64,000 nucleotides of DNA from an uncultured virus (IMG/VR IMGVR_UViG_3300042867_000770) (taxonomy: Duplodnaviria > Heunggongvirae > Uroviricota > Caudoviricetes): IMG/VR virus record IMGVR_UViG_3300042867_000770. One strand, written 5' to 3'. The notes beneath the pieces are model-generated. The model searched no databases. It saw only the letters and a program-made list of their open reading frames with translations, and was not told the origin of the DNA. Of the stretch, positions 18,714 to 29,508 are shown in pieces. Each line of letters begins with the position of its first letter. Positions within the stretch are counted from its first letter, which is position 1. A program made the translations under genes and the position numbers.

Positions 18714-21700
18714 AACTCACAGATATAAAATATAGAACCCAATCAACATCTTCTTTGAATGTTGGCTCTACTTTTTCTGAAAACGATCTGAAGTTTTACA
18801 CCGAGAACCAAACTTATGTTAATTTTCCGTTTGGAGAATCTGATAAAGACGCAATAAAGATTTCTGTATTCAACTTTGATGAGTCTCAGATTACTGCATC
18901 TGTGGTTGTGTCATCCGGTTCGTATACAAAAAACACCCAGTCATACTATGATGTAACCAATAAATATGTTACTTATTCATATCAGAAATTTAACAGTACA
19001 TTTCCTCTAATAACCTCAACAACGGGTTATTCGGGGACATCCGATTCAGCGAATATATCGGGGTCCATTTCAACAAGTTCTCTTTTCTTGGATATGTCCA
19101 AGGAGTTGAACAAGCTGGGAATAACCGACGGAAATTACAAGGTTTCCATAGAATTGTTGAGAAATTTGGTTGGAACGGAATCTGGATCGGATGAAAGGTT
19201 GATAATAGATACAATCTCTACATCAAGAACCGAGATAGCGGTAATTCCAAAAACATTGAAAGGAATACAATCAAATACGGTTGATGAATTTAATGTATTT
19301 TCAAATTATCAATTTCAGATAAAAGAAATCGCAAAGAATATTACTGATTCTATTTCTTCATCTCCTATATATAGTTTGTATTACGCCGCCAAAGATCAAT
19401 ATCAAACCGGTGTTGCTAGTTTTAAGTATAATTACGGACTGAATGCTCGGAGTTCCGAAAATGACAGTGACATTGATGTTATAAATTTTCTTACGGACAT
19501 ATTCTATGGAGTAAGAAAAGGAAATATACGCAACGATGGTGAAATTTCTACCAATGACATTCTGGGAATATATGATCAATTTAAAAACTGGCTATATGAG
19601 AATTATGAATCGGGTTCTAATTTCCAAGATGTCCGCGACTACTACTATAGCATATTCAGATTCATAGTTGATCAAGAACTCAACAGAATAACCAACAGAA
19701 AGCCGGATGATTATAACTCTATAATAGAATTTCTTGGGTATATCTATTACAATCTCATTTTTTATCCAAAGATTTATGTTATAGAAGCAAAGCACAACAT
19801 ATATTTGTCGGGATATTTCAAGAATTATATAAATTTTGACGGAGATAGAAAATATTCCATTCTAAACAAGAAGGTGGTCTCCGCCTCCGACCCAAGATTT
19901 TACGATAAGTTGGTATTGAAACTGAGCGATCCCCTACCAGCATCAATATCGGTTGGCGACGATTTCTGGATCACAAACAACTTTGGATTTCTTCCAATAG
20001 TTCAGAACTTATATTATTTTACCAAACCAAATATACAAACGATTCCGTTGAAGGGTCCAAATTTTTTGGTCAGGATTGAAAGCCAAGGAAATGCCACGGA
20101 AACTTTATCAATGGAGCAATTGATAAATCAAACCGGCAGTGCCTATAATGAAATTGTTTCCAAAATAAGTGTTCCATTTGATACCATTGTTGATAACACA
20201 AATTACAGAAATTTTGGAAACTTTGTTAATTTTTCATCCGCGACTTTAAGAATTTCAACATTTGATACAAAAAAATCGCAGATTGAAAAATTGCAAGGCG
20301 ACATGGAATATTTTACAGCCGAGCTTGATAGAAATCCAGACGACCTGTTTTATATAAAACAAAAAACAGACGCAAATACGGAAATAGACAACATTGAAAC
20401 TTCAATGGACGGATATGAGAAATTCTTGTACAATAATCCCGCGTGGTATCCGGAGCATATTGGTTCTGCGTCTTTGTATGATCGCAACAATGGAAATTCT
20501 TTAATTAATAATCTCCCACAATTCATGGTGGAACAATCGGACGATAATGTTGATTATATAAAATTTGTTGGTATGATTGGTCATTTCTTTGACAATCTTT
20601 CTTTGACCATCAAACAAATAACCGAGAAAAACAATTATTCCAACAGTCCAAATTATGGTATTTCTGTGGACATTGTTGAAGACATGCTGGCATCGCTTGG
20701 GTGGGAAGCAGAGATTTCTAGTGAAAATCTTCCACTGCTGCTGTCTTCATTCAATCAAAATGATTTTGATGTTGGCTCGGAGTTGTATAACCAAGCCAGA
20801 CAATTGTCTGAAGAACAACGCAATCAAATCATCTGGAAGCGTATTTTAAACACCCTACCATATATCTACAAAACCAAGGGCACGGAAGCTTCATTGTCAT
20901 CATTGTTGAGTTGTTTTGGCATACCAAAGAATATCATAAAAATAAAAGAGTATGGTGGAATTAAAAATGTACACAATCTACAAGATACTTCCGAGTATGT
21001 AATTGATGAAGTAAAATATGAACCATATTTCAGTGGAAGTGCAGAATATTTCAAGGTCAACTGGACTGGAAGTGCTCAAACATTAGAATTCAACTTTGCG
21101 TTTGATACGACCAAAACCAGTGACGTTGGACATGTGTTCAGACTGGCGGAGTGTCCAGGTAGTTGGTTAGTAGGTGTGTATCGAGACAAAGGATTGGATT
21201 GGGGAAAATTATTCTTTAGCTTGGACGATGGCTCCGGAAGCGTAAAGACGATCATGACCAACAGGGCACCGGTGTTTGATGGTAACACCTATCATGCCAT
21301 GCTTCGCCGCAATGACGCATCTCAAGAGTTTTCTGTTTACAATTTTACTCCGTCGCAAATTGATCAGTATCCAATCAAGTATGATGTATATCTTCAACGT
21401 GCCGAAGATTCGAGAATTACATTTTTTACAACCGCAAGTCAATATTTGAGTGGTAGTTACAACACACAATTTCGTTCTGGTTCGCACGTATATATTGGTA
21501 ATTATAACCAGAACACCGCGTCTTTAAATGTTGATCCAGAAGCATTTTTTGGAAATATTGACGAAATAAAGATTTGGGAATCTCCTGTCAGCGATTCTGT
21601 TTTTGAAAATCACACATTGCATCAGAATGCATATGATATGAATTCACCGGCAGATGTGATTTCTGACAATCTAATCAGAATATCGTTTGAACGTCCGTTG

Positions 21701-23395
21701 GAATTGTATGCACAATCAAACTCCACCACCTTAAATAATTTGTCGTTCAGAAGTGACTTTCCAACGTTTGTTGCAATAAACTTCCCAAAAAATAATATTC
21801 CTTTAACACAAACCAGCGAATGTGATCCTACAAATGGATCAGCATTTCCGTGGCAGTTTACTCGCAAGGATTCGAGGCAGACAGTAAAATTACCAGATTA
21901 TGGTGCCGGTAAGTTCGGCAGTAATAAAATAAATTATGTTGAACAAGAATTGATATCAAACTTGTCTTCAACCGAAAGATCGTCCCTGCAATCAAGTGAA
22001 CTTGTTGGCGTGGGATCTAATAGACTTGGTATATTCTTTTCTCCTTCCGAAATTCAAAACACAGAAATAATAAAGTTCTTTGGAAATTATCCTCTGTCTG
22101 AATTGATTGGAGATCCGTCATATGTGTATGCAAGTTCATACACTAGATTTGAAAAATTCAAGCAAATATTTTACGACCAAGGATTTGGTGCAATAGACTA
22201 TCAGTTCTTTATGAACGTGGTAAGATTCTACTTTGACAAAGCGATGTTTAAATATATAAAGTCGGTTGTTCCGGCCAGAGCCAACCTTGTTGATGGTATT
22301 TTGATTGAACCATCCATCTTGGAGCGTTCAAAGATTCAGTTGAAACCAATTATACAAAAAACCATTAAACAAAAAGAATCACACATAGAAGTTCGCCGTG
22401 AAGTTTTTGGAGCACAGTCGCCAAAATTGGAATATACTTTAGTGACAAAAAATGAAGGAGCGTCAATTTTAAGTGACGTGAATCAAATATTTTTTCCAAC
22501 CGACGAAGACCAATACGGATTTGGAGTATATTCGGACAATGGATTGACATACTATGATGGAGAATATTATAGAGCGGATGTGATCAAACTAAAAAAACAA
22601 TATCAAGTATACAACAAATATAATCTGCCAACCAACACATCTTCGTTGAATGATCATGAAATCAATGTCAATTTGAACGGAACGGTTCAGACAATATCAT
22701 CTTCTTATTACAAAATAAATCTGGCAAAATTGCCAACATTGACTTCATATATCACGGCAATTTCTTATGAAGATATATACTATAGTGGAAGTGTGAGCTT
22801 CACACCACCATCAACCGGTTCGGTAATATCACACACAGTATCGTCTGCACATTCATTGAATGGACGGATAGTATCTGGGTCTGTTTGGGGATCAACCGGA
22901 AATGGTGTGATACTTCCAAACGGTATTTTAATAAATTCTGATTATGTTTCGGCATATCCAATTATTTATACCGGAGTTTTTGGTTATTCTGGCGGAACAT
23001 ATCATTTCGTTGGAAGTATATTCGGTGGAGTTCCGGCTACATTGAATTATGCAAAGTATAATACAACATTTTTGTCATCTGGCACTGGACCTGTTACTGA
23101 TGACTTCAAGTATAGAACATCAGGTACTTTCTTCGGTTCACTGCCGTCTAGTATTAATTATAGAAAAAATATATCCATGTTATATTATCCCAAAAATGCT
23201 GAATTGCTGATTGGATATTTCAATAATCATCATAAATACGGTAAACAGCAGTTTTCTATAAAAGAGATAAACTCATATGACAACACAAATACACGGTTTA
23301 AATGGAAGAAGAACAGCCAAAATAAAAAAACTACTGTTGATGTAAAAACGGGATTGTTGAATAACTCTGACCCAATTGAAACAAAAACAGTATAA
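18710..23395 (+). CDS. Large baseplate/virion protein (1561 aa) with P2 gpI/gp7-like segment and LamG-like domain
   Basis: LPYIYKTKGTEASL..LLSCFG segment and FFGNIDEIKIWE LamG-like motif; baseplate context. Confidence 0.6.
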   Translation: MKLTDIKYRTQSTSSLNVGSTFSENDLKFYTENQTYVNFPFGESDKDAIKISVFNFDESQITASVVVSSGSYTKNTQSYYDVTNKYVTYSYQKFNSTFPLITSTTGYSGTSDSANISGSISTSSLFLDMSKELNKLGITDGNYKVSIELLRNLVGTESGSDERLIIDTISTSRTEIAVIPKTLKGIQSNTVDEFNVFSNYQFQIKEIAKNITDSISSSPIYSLYYAAKDQYQTGVASFKYNYGLNARSSENDSDIDVINFLTDIFYGVRKGNIRNDGEISTNDILGIYDQFKNWLYENYESGSNFQDVRDYYYSIFRFIVDQELNRITNRKPDDYNSIIEFLGYIYYNLIFYPKIYVIEAKHNIYLSGYFKNYINFDGDRKYSILNKKVVSASDPRFYDKLVLKLSDPLPASISVGDDFWITNNFGFLPIVQNLYYFTKPNIQTIPLKGPNFLVRIESQGNATETLSMEQLINQTGSAYNEIVSKISVPFDTIVDNTNYRNFGNFVNFSSATLRISTFDTKKSQIEKLQGDMEYFTAELDRNPDDLFYIKQKTDANTEIDNIETSMDGYEKFLYNNPAWYPEHIGSASLYDRNNGNSLINNLPQFMVEQSDDNVDYIKFVGMIGHFFDNLSLTIKQITEKNNYSNSPNYGISVDIVEDMLASLGWEAEISSENLPLLLSSFNQNDFDVGSELYNQARQLSEEQRNQIIWKRILNTLPYIYKTKGTEASLSSLLSCFGIPKNIIKIKEYGGIKNVHNLQDTSEYVIDEVKYEPYFSGSAEYFKVNWTGSAQTLEFNFAFDTTKTSDVGHVFRLAECPGSWLVGVYRDKGLDWGKLFFSLDDGSGSVKTIMTNRAPVFDGNTYHAMLRRNDASQEFSVYNFTPSQIDQYPIKYDVYLQRAEDSRITFFTTASQYLSGSYNTQFRSGSHVYIGNYNQNTASLNVDPEAFFGNIDEIKIWESPVSDSVFENHTLHQNAYDMNSPADVISDNLIRISFERPLELYAQSNSTTLNNLSFRSDFPTFVAINFPKNNIPLTQTSECDPTNGSAFPWQFTRKDSRQTVKLPDYGAGKFGSNKINYVEQELISNLSSTERSSLQSSELVGVGSNRLGIFFSPSEIQNTEIIKFFGNYPLSELIGDPSYVYASSYTRFEKFKQIFYDQGFGAIDYQFFMNVVRFYFDKAMFKYIKSVVPARANLVDGILIEPSILERSKIQLKPIIQKTIKQKESHIEVRREVFGAQSPKLEYTLVTKNEGASILSDVNQIFFPTDEDQYGFGVYSDNGLTYYDGEYYRADVIKLKKQYQVYNKYNLPTNTSSLNDHEINVNLNGTVQTISSSYYKINLAKLPTLTSYITAISYEDIYYSGSVSFTPPSTGSVISHTVSSAHSLNGRIVSGSVWGSTGNGVILPNGILINSDYVSAYPIIYTGVFGYSGGTYHFVGSIFGGVPATLNYAKYNTTFLSSGTGPVTDDFKYRTSGTFFGSLPSSINYRKNISMLYYPKNAELLIGYFNNHHKYGKQQFSIKEINSYDNTNTRFKWKKNSQNKKTTVDVKTGLLNNSDPIETKTV

Positions 23396-23445
23396 AAATG
23401 GTAAAAAAGCAATCGGATATATATTTATTGAGAAAGTAACACTAT

Positions 23446-24087
23446 ATGGCGTATATCAATAATGAAATAATAACAGTAGATGCGGTCTTGACAAAGAAAG
23501 GCAGAGAGCTACTTGCGGCAAATGGCGGGTTGAATATCAAGTCATATGCCTTGGCCGACGACGAAATTGATTATCGTCTGTATCAACCAAATCATCCACA
23601 AGGTTCTGCCTATTATGATTTAGCTATTCGCAATACCCCTGTGTTTGAGGCGTTTACCGACGAAACGCAATTGTTGAAATATAAGCTCGTCACTCTTCCG
23701 TCCGGAGTTACTTCGATCCCAGTAATTTCTCTCGGACAAAGCGCAATTTATGTGGACAAGGACTATAAGGGTGAAGTGGTCATTGTTCCATCCACCAACC
23801 CAGTTTACAACACAACTCTCGGTTATACGGCAATTTTGTCCAACAAATCGGCTGGTACAATAATCGGTGAACAACTTCAGAATGTTACAACCGCAACCAT
23901 TCCAACTTTCATTGGTGACGTTTCTTCGACGACTGCACAAGTTAGCCTTGGTCTTCGTTTCCGTTTTGTTCCAAACTCGGCATTGACACAAACCTTGAGC
24001 GCAACCCTCACGGTGATTGGAAATGAAAGCGGCGGCTCTGTGACAATACCGGTTAGTGTGAATGTAAAGGGAACCACGTCCTCTTAA
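23446..24087 (+). CDS. Putative virion structural protein
   Basis: DAVLTKKGRELLA..YALADDEIDY resembles tail collar/baseplate protein N-termini. Confidence 0.6.
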   Translation: MAYINNEIITVDAVLTKKGRELLAANGGLNIKSYALADDEIDYRLYQPNHPQGSAYYDLAIRNTPVFEAFTDETQLLKYKLVTLPSGVTSIPVISLGQSAIYVDKDYKGEVVIVPSTNPVYNTTLGYTAILSNKSAGTIIGEQLQNVTTATIPTFIGDVSSTTAQVSLGLRFRFVPNSALTQTLSATLTVIGNESGGSVTIPVSVNVKGTTSS

Positions 24088-24099
24088 TAATTTACCACA

Positions 24100-25218
24100 A
24101 TGATTTTTAAACAATTTGATTCAACAGACATAGTGGCCGGAAGAACTCAACCAGTTTCCACTGGGTTGTGGAGCGACGGTGAGTCGGTATGGTCGTCATT
24201 TTATACCAGCAGCCGCCAAACACAACAATCTTCTTCTCTTTTTGAACCATTAAATGGATTGTATTATACCAACGTATATGATGCTCCAACAGGATCATCA
24301 AGTTCGGACATTTATTTTTCAATTGCATATGGTCATTATGCTGGCTCGGGTTCTTCCGCGTTTGATGTAAATTCTTCGCAAGGCAGTTTATTGTTTCCAA
24401 CCAAGGTAATATACAATCAATATAGAAATTTGTTGCTGTCACCGGGAGATGATAAGTTCACGTTTGCAACTTCTTCAATTTCCGGTTCGGTAACAAACGC
24501 CGATGATATTTACGCAATTTCTTTCAGAAATGCCAAGTATAAAGACAAACTAGATCCCGGTCAATTTGAGATGACATTGAGCGGCTCTGGTGTTGGCGGC
24601 ATTGCAACCAGTGTAACAATAATCGACGACTCCAGAGACAACCCTGACACCGGAGTACAATCCGGCGGAAAAAGATACAACTTACTTCAAGGAACCTTGG
24701 TATCCGGTTCGCTTGCCACAAGAAACTATCAAGGAATTGGTTTGATGTATCCAGACTTGGGTATTATCATTCTCAACGCCAAGAAGGTACATGAATTGAT
24801 TGGTAAAGTTGATGGATACTCTTTGTATTGGAATACTGCAAACGAGTGGGGAACCAATTTTTCGCGCATGTCAAACGTATTATTTACTGCCATAAACAAG
24901 GGTGCGGCATTGAGTAGCATGAAAGCTAGAATAACTGAATATGTTCCTGCTCGTCATTTCTTTGTTCGAGTGAAGAACCAAGAATACAACTACAGCAACA
25001 ATCCAACATTTGTAATATCCGATAACGATAATCCAAGCAATTCTCAAGATATTGGTAAGTTAAGATTTACCGATTTTTATACCAACCCAAAGGTATATAT
25101 TACCACAGTTGGTTTATATAATGACAACAACGACCTTGTGGCTGTTGCCAAGTTGAGTCAGCCACTACTCAAAGACTTTACCAACGAATGTTTGGTGAAA
25201 ATAAAAATTGATGTTTGA
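24100..25218 (+). CDS. Putative virion structural protein, paralog of the downstream gene
   Basis: EYNYSNNPT and ITTVGLYNDNNDLVAVAKLSQP C-terminus shared with 25260..28445. Confidence 0.6.
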   Translation: MIFKQFDSTDIVAGRTQPVSTGLWSDGESVWSSFYTSSRQTQQSSSLFEPLNGLYYTNVYDAPTGSSSSDIYFSIAYGHYAGSGSSAFDVNSSQGSLLFPTKVIYNQYRNLLLSPGDDKFTFATSSISGSVTNADDIYAISFRNAKYKDKLDPGQFEMTLSGSGVGGIATSVTIIDDSRDNPDTGVQSGGKRYNLLQGTLVSGSLATRNYQGIGLMYPDLGIIILNAKKVHELIGKVDGYSLYWNTANEWGTNFSRMSNVLFTAINKGAALSSMKARITEYVPARHFFVRVKNQEYNYSNNPTFVISDNDNPSNSQDIGKLRFTDFYTNPKVYITTVGLYNDNNDLVAVAKLSQPLLKDFTNECLVKIKIDV

Positions 25219-25259
25219 GTAACGGGTAAATCCCGGTGTAGACAAATATTTATGTCTAT

Positions 25260-28200
25260 ATGATTAAGCAGTTCACTGCGGGAGACATCACAGTAAGACC
25301 ATTCAGCACGTTCAAACACTGGACGATGCAAAGCATTGATTCTGCAAGTGTAAATGCATATGGTGATAGCACTTATTATAATGGAAGAATGGAAGTGAAC
25401 GAAGGACTGAAACTTTCCACCCCCTTTTATCCTTCTGGCAGCATATACTATGTTTCTTCAAATGAGCCAATAAATTCGTCCGGCAAATATGCCAGAAATA
25501 TACATAGCATGACTGATGCTATGTTTTATAAGAATGCGGATGAACCAATCAAATTATTTGGCGTTGAAGCATATACGCAAGACCCAAAAACTGGAAAAGA
25601 GGAAGTGAGAGAAATTCATGATCGTATCGTAACCGCTACATTGAAACATAATGTATATGGTGAAAAGGTTATACCAGATACAGTTAAAATTGTGGATGAT
25701 TCCAACATCCACCAAACGCTAAAAATTTACGATGATGGTTATACCAATTTGTATGTGACAGGATCTCACTTTCCATCAACGGCAGAGATACAAGCCATAA
25801 GAGACACTTATGTATCAATTTCACAGTGGGATACAGGCAGTGGTTTATTTTATGTAACATTCAGTAATGGTTCCACGCAATATGTTGATTATGTAAATGC
25901 CAAACAATATATGGCAATGGGGCTTCAAGTAACATATGTTCCACCAGTATCAAGTGGATCTGGATGGGTATTAAACACAGGAAGTCACCAGGATTTATTT
26001 TTTCCTGAAAATGAACACTTTGGTGAATCCGTGAGTTGTTGGTCAAAATATGTTGCGGTTGGTTCATCAATGGATGCTTATAGTTTATCCGATTATCGTA
26101 TTGGTCATGCTGCGTTATTTAAGTATGATGAAACACTGGGTCATCATCGCCCAATTGCAAAGATTCATTTTCCATTTACTCAAAGTTTGACTGATACATC
26201 TTCATATTTTAAAGACTCGTTCGGTACATCTGTGTGTATAAGAGACAATTTCTTGGCGGTTGGTTCTCCAACAGGTTCAGTGTGTTCTTCAAGTATATAT
26301 CCCGGTTTTGTGTGTGTCTACGACAGATACAAGGGTGGTCAAGATAATTGGGGAATAATTAATATTCTAAAAGGAAACAGTGATGGAGACAGATTTGGTA
26401 CTTCAGTTGCCATAGACAATGATATATTAGCGGTTGGTGCTACGGGTGTTAGCGGCAGTAGGGGTGCAGTATATTTGTACAGAAAGAAGAGATACATGGA
26501 TTCTGAATATCCGTGTCAAAATATTGATACAGGTTCGGTGTGGATGCAGGTTGTTACACAAGAAGATTTTTGCAAAGAACTGCAAACCGGTTCGTATATT
26601 GCTTCACAAAGTTATACACCAACTTTTGTTTCTGGTAACTACACGTGGGTGTATGAAACTACAATCACTCCAAGCAATCAGTCTGTCGGTGACAATTTTG
26701 GTTGGTGTGTATCTTTGGATTCAAATCGGTTGATTGTTGGAACAAACAAAATCGGCAAAGGTTATGCAGCTGTGTTCACCTGTTCTTATCAATCAGCATC
26801 TCTATCTGCATGTCCAACTGCATCTTGGAGCCAAAATCAACTATTCACCTCAACTTTAGATTACGGTGATTTGAATGTTGATGCACCGGAATATTCTGTT
26901 GATGTGTCTGATACTGTATCAGATATGTTTGGTTATAGTGTAGATATAAGCGGAAAAAATGTAATCATTGGGTGCAAAGCAGACAAGGCGTTTAAGCCAT
27001 ATTATGAATATACAGGAAGTGCTATGATTCTTGGTGCAGCTTATTTATACACTTACAGATACAACTCGGACTGTTTGACATGGCAGTATGACCTTCTGAC
27101 CAAAACATTTGGAAACAGAGAATATTTGACCAATAATAATTTTGGACATGCCGTGTCTATTGATGGCACAATAGCGGCGGTGACATCTCTACCAGATACT
27201 TTGGGTAGAACTGTGGTATATTCCAGTGGTTCTTATATATTAGAAAATTATTCTTACGAATCTTCTGCTTCTTTAGATTCTGTGTTGGGTAGAGTAACAT
27301 TGTATAATTTTGATTTCACAAATGATGCTTGGTATAGAGCTGGTGAATTGAGAAGAAACAAAGAAGAAAATCATCCATACAACATATATGGATATTCTGT
27401 TTCTATTGCATCTGATTTTATGTGCGTTGGTGCACCAATTGTGAATATTGCATCGCTGGCATCTTATTCACAGATAATTGATCCAGTAAATCAATCTGGT
27501 TCATTTTCATCATCATATTCTGGTTCTGTGTTTGTGTATGACATGAACAAATATGAAGCTGATCCAAAGATTGGCAATGTATTTTATAAGAATGGACATT
27601 TGGCAATCACCAATACATCATCAATGTATCATGATGTAATGACAGGAACGGGTTCTCGTGGATTTACTTTGGATTATCAAGGTGCTCATACAATATATGA
27701 ACATGAATATCTTGTATCAATAAGACCGGGTGAATTCAATTATAGTACCAACCCAACTTCATTGCAGCCAAATCCTCTTACATTTGATGTAAATCAAGAT
27801 GGTGTATTTGATCATAAAGATGTGGATCTTATCATGAGATATTTGAAGCTCAAGAAGTTTTATGCAGATTATGTGTTGGATGACAATGGTATTGTTTTGG
27901 AACAAGATACAAACACCGATTTCAGTTGGTGGGCAAATGATATTCTTCAAACAGAATCCGAAGATGTATTACAACAAGAAGATGATACAGCATCCAGTAT
28001 TAAATATTCATATCTGTCTGCGTTCACCAACACCGCATATCAATTTATAACAAATAATTTATATGATACTGGTTTATTAGATATTGACGGTGATGGAAAT
28101 ATCAACATGAATGATGGTCATATATTGGCACTGTATGTGTTGAAGAGATTGAATCCAAGTACTTTGGCACAATATCTCACATCAGATTCTGCTCGTAGAT

Positions 28201-28445
28201 ATGTGAAAGATATTGAAGATTATCTAAATCCATATTGTGGAAATGATCCATTCAGAGTCAATCCAGAATTTATTGGCTATCAATATAGTTCATCATATGA
28301 CGCAACTGGTTCATTTTTGTCACCATGTGTCACAACAATTGGATTATATCAAGACAATCAACTTGTGGCAGTTGGCAAACTTGGCCGTCCTATAAAAAAT
28401 TTAATTGATTGGCCAGTCAATATTATTGTCCGTTTTGATACATAA
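25260..28445 (+). CDS. Virion protein with FG-GAP beta-propeller repeats and dockerin/EF-hand-like motifs
   Basis: Repeated FGxSV..VG(A/S)P units; DVNQDGVFDHKD and DIDGDGNINMND. Confidence 0.7.
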   Translation: MIKQFTAGDITVRPFSTFKHWTMQSIDSASVNAYGDSTYYNGRMEVNEGLKLSTPFYPSGSIYYVSSNEPINSSGKYARNIHSMTDAMFYKNADEPIKLFGVEAYTQDPKTGKEEVREIHDRIVTATLKHNVYGEKVIPDTVKIVDDSNIHQTLKIYDDGYTNLYVTGSHFPSTAEIQAIRDTYVSISQWDTGSGLFYVTFSNGSTQYVDYVNAKQYMAMGLQVTYVPPVSSGSGWVLNTGSHQDLFFPENEHFGESVSCWSKYVAVGSSMDAYSLSDYRIGHAALFKYDETLGHHRPIAKIHFPFTQSLTDTSSYFKDSFGTSVCIRDNFLAVGSPTGSVCSSSIYPGFVCVYDRYKGGQDNWGIINILKGNSDGDRFGTSVAIDNDILAVGATGVSGSRGAVYLYRKKRYMDSEYPCQNIDTGSVWMQVVTQEDFCKELQTGSYIASQSYTPTFVSGNYTWVYETTITPSNQSVGDNFGWCVSLDSNRLIVGTNKIGKGYAAVFTCSYQSASLSACPTASWSQNQLFTSTLDYGDLNVDAPEYSVDVSDTVSDMFGYSVDISGKNVIIGCKADKAFKPYYEYTGSAMILGAAYLYTYRYNSDCLTWQYDLLTKTFGNREYLTNNNFGHAVSIDGTIAAVTSLPDTLGRTVVYSSGSYILENYSYESSASLDSVLGRVTLYNFDFTNDAWYRAGELRRNKEENHPYNIYGYSVSIASDFMCVGAPIVNIASLASYSQIIDPVNQSGSFSSSYSGSVFVYDMNKYEADPKIGNVFYKNGHLAITNTSSMYHDVMTGTGSRGFTLDYQGAHTIYEHEYLVSIRPGEFNYSTNPTSLQPNPLTFDVNQDGVFDHKDVDLIMRYLKLKKFYADYVLDDNGIVLEQDTNTDFSWWANDILQTESEDVLQQEDDTASSIKYSYLSAFTNTAYQFITNNLYDTGLLDIDGDGNINMNDGHILALYVLKRLNPSTLAQYLTSDSARRYVKDIEDYLNPYCGNDPFRVNPEFIGYQYSSSYDATGSFLSPCVTTIGLYQDNQLVAVGKLGRPIKNLIDWPVNIIVRFDT

Positions 28446-28481
28446 CACTATATTTATAATAAACAACAGGAGAACATATAT

Positions 28482-28757
28482 ATGACACTTGAACAACGCT
28501 ATGAAGCAACATCGGAACTCGCAATGGCACCGGGCGACCACAGTCGCACATTTAATGCAAAGGATGCTGGTACAGAACCGGCAGCTGCAACCGATGCAAT
28601 CAACGGAAGCGACCATTTTGTTGGAAACGATGCGGTCCAAAAAAACTTCAAAATCAAGCAATTTCTAAAAATAACTCAATTTACGGGTGCTGGACTTAAT
28701 TACATTGATACCAAAGGTATTAATACCACGAAGTACGCACCATCTGGTCGTTTGTAA
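28482..28757 (+). CDS. Hypothetical protein
   Basis: ORF with AGGAG RBS and an upstream ATATTTAT box. Confidence 0.65.
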   Translation: MTLEQRYEATSELAMAPGDHSRTFNAKDAGTEPAAATDAINGSDHFVGNDAVQKNFKIKQFLKITQFTGAGLNYIDTKGINTTKYAPSGRL

Positions 28758-28779
28758 TATAGTTTTATAAAAAGGTTAT

Positions 28780-29271
28780 ATGAAAGTATTGGGATTGGAT
28801 TTATCCACCACAACTTGTGGTTGGGCTGTATCAGAAAATAAGATTATTATTGGTGCTGGATTTGTTGATATTTCTGATGTGATTGAGTATGCTGCTAAAG
28901 CAGAACTTATTATAACTGCTTTAAAAGATCAAACTTTTGAAAAAATAATGATTGAAGAAAGCTTGTTTGGATTTGCTGGTGGAGGCACTTCGCAGCAAGT
29001 TATAATCAAACTTGTTAAAAACAAGGCAGTTGTTGGTTATATCTTAGAAAACCATTATAAATTGAAAGTAGAAAGCATACATGCTCAAACAGCACGAAAG
29101 AAAGCATTTGGCATAGCAAGAATCAAAGGAATAAAGTCAAAAGTGTTTGTAAAAGAACAAGTTGAGAAATTATATGACATGAAGCCTTGGACTATTCTTA
29201 ATAAGATAAAAAATCCTGATAAGCGTATGGAAGATGTTAGAGACGCCATCGTGTTGAGTTTAGCAGGGTAA
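28780..29271 (+). CDS. RuvC-like Holliday junction resolvase
   Basis: VLGLDLSTTTCGWAV, IMIEE and DVRDAI catalytic acidic residues. Confidence 0.8.
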   Translation: MKVLGLDLSTTTCGWAVSENKIIIGAGFVDISDVIEYAAKAELIITALKDQTFEKIMIEESLFGFAGGGTSQQVIIKLVKNKAVVGYILENHYKLKVESIHAQTARKKAFGIARIKGIKSKVFVKEQVEKLYDMKPWTILNKIKNPDKRMEDVRDAIVLSLAG

Positions 29272-29278
29272 ATATTTT

Positions 29279-29311
29279 TGTAAGATTTATGTAAGATTTA
29301 TGTAAGATTTA
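29279..29311 (+). repeat. Three tandem 11-bp repeats TGTAAGATTTA
   Basis: Read directly in the intergenic region upstream of the second uORF/GIY-YIG cassette. Confidence 0.9.
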
Positions 29312-29343
29312 TATTTGTTCCTTATATTTATAGTAAAGGTTAT

Positions 29344-29508
29344 ATGGGTAGAAAATCACACAATCTAACAAAGGAACAAAAAGATGAACGCAACAGAGAA
29401 TACCGAATGCGGAGTTATTGGAAGCACCCAGACAAAGAACGAGCCGCAGGCAGAGAAGCATATCGCCGTAAGCGGGATATACGGTCTTCGCAACAAATTG
29501 ACAAATAA
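29344..29508 (+). CDS. Small basic protein (54 aa) overlapping the GIY-YIG gene
   Basis: MGRKSHNLTKEQKDERNREYRMRSYWKHPDKERAAGREAYRRKRDIRSSQQIDK. AAAGG RBS and ATATTTAT box upstream; paralog of 9844. Confidence 0.65.
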   Translation: MGRKSHNLTKEQKDERNREYRMRSYWKHPDKERAAGREAYRRKRDIRSSQQIDK

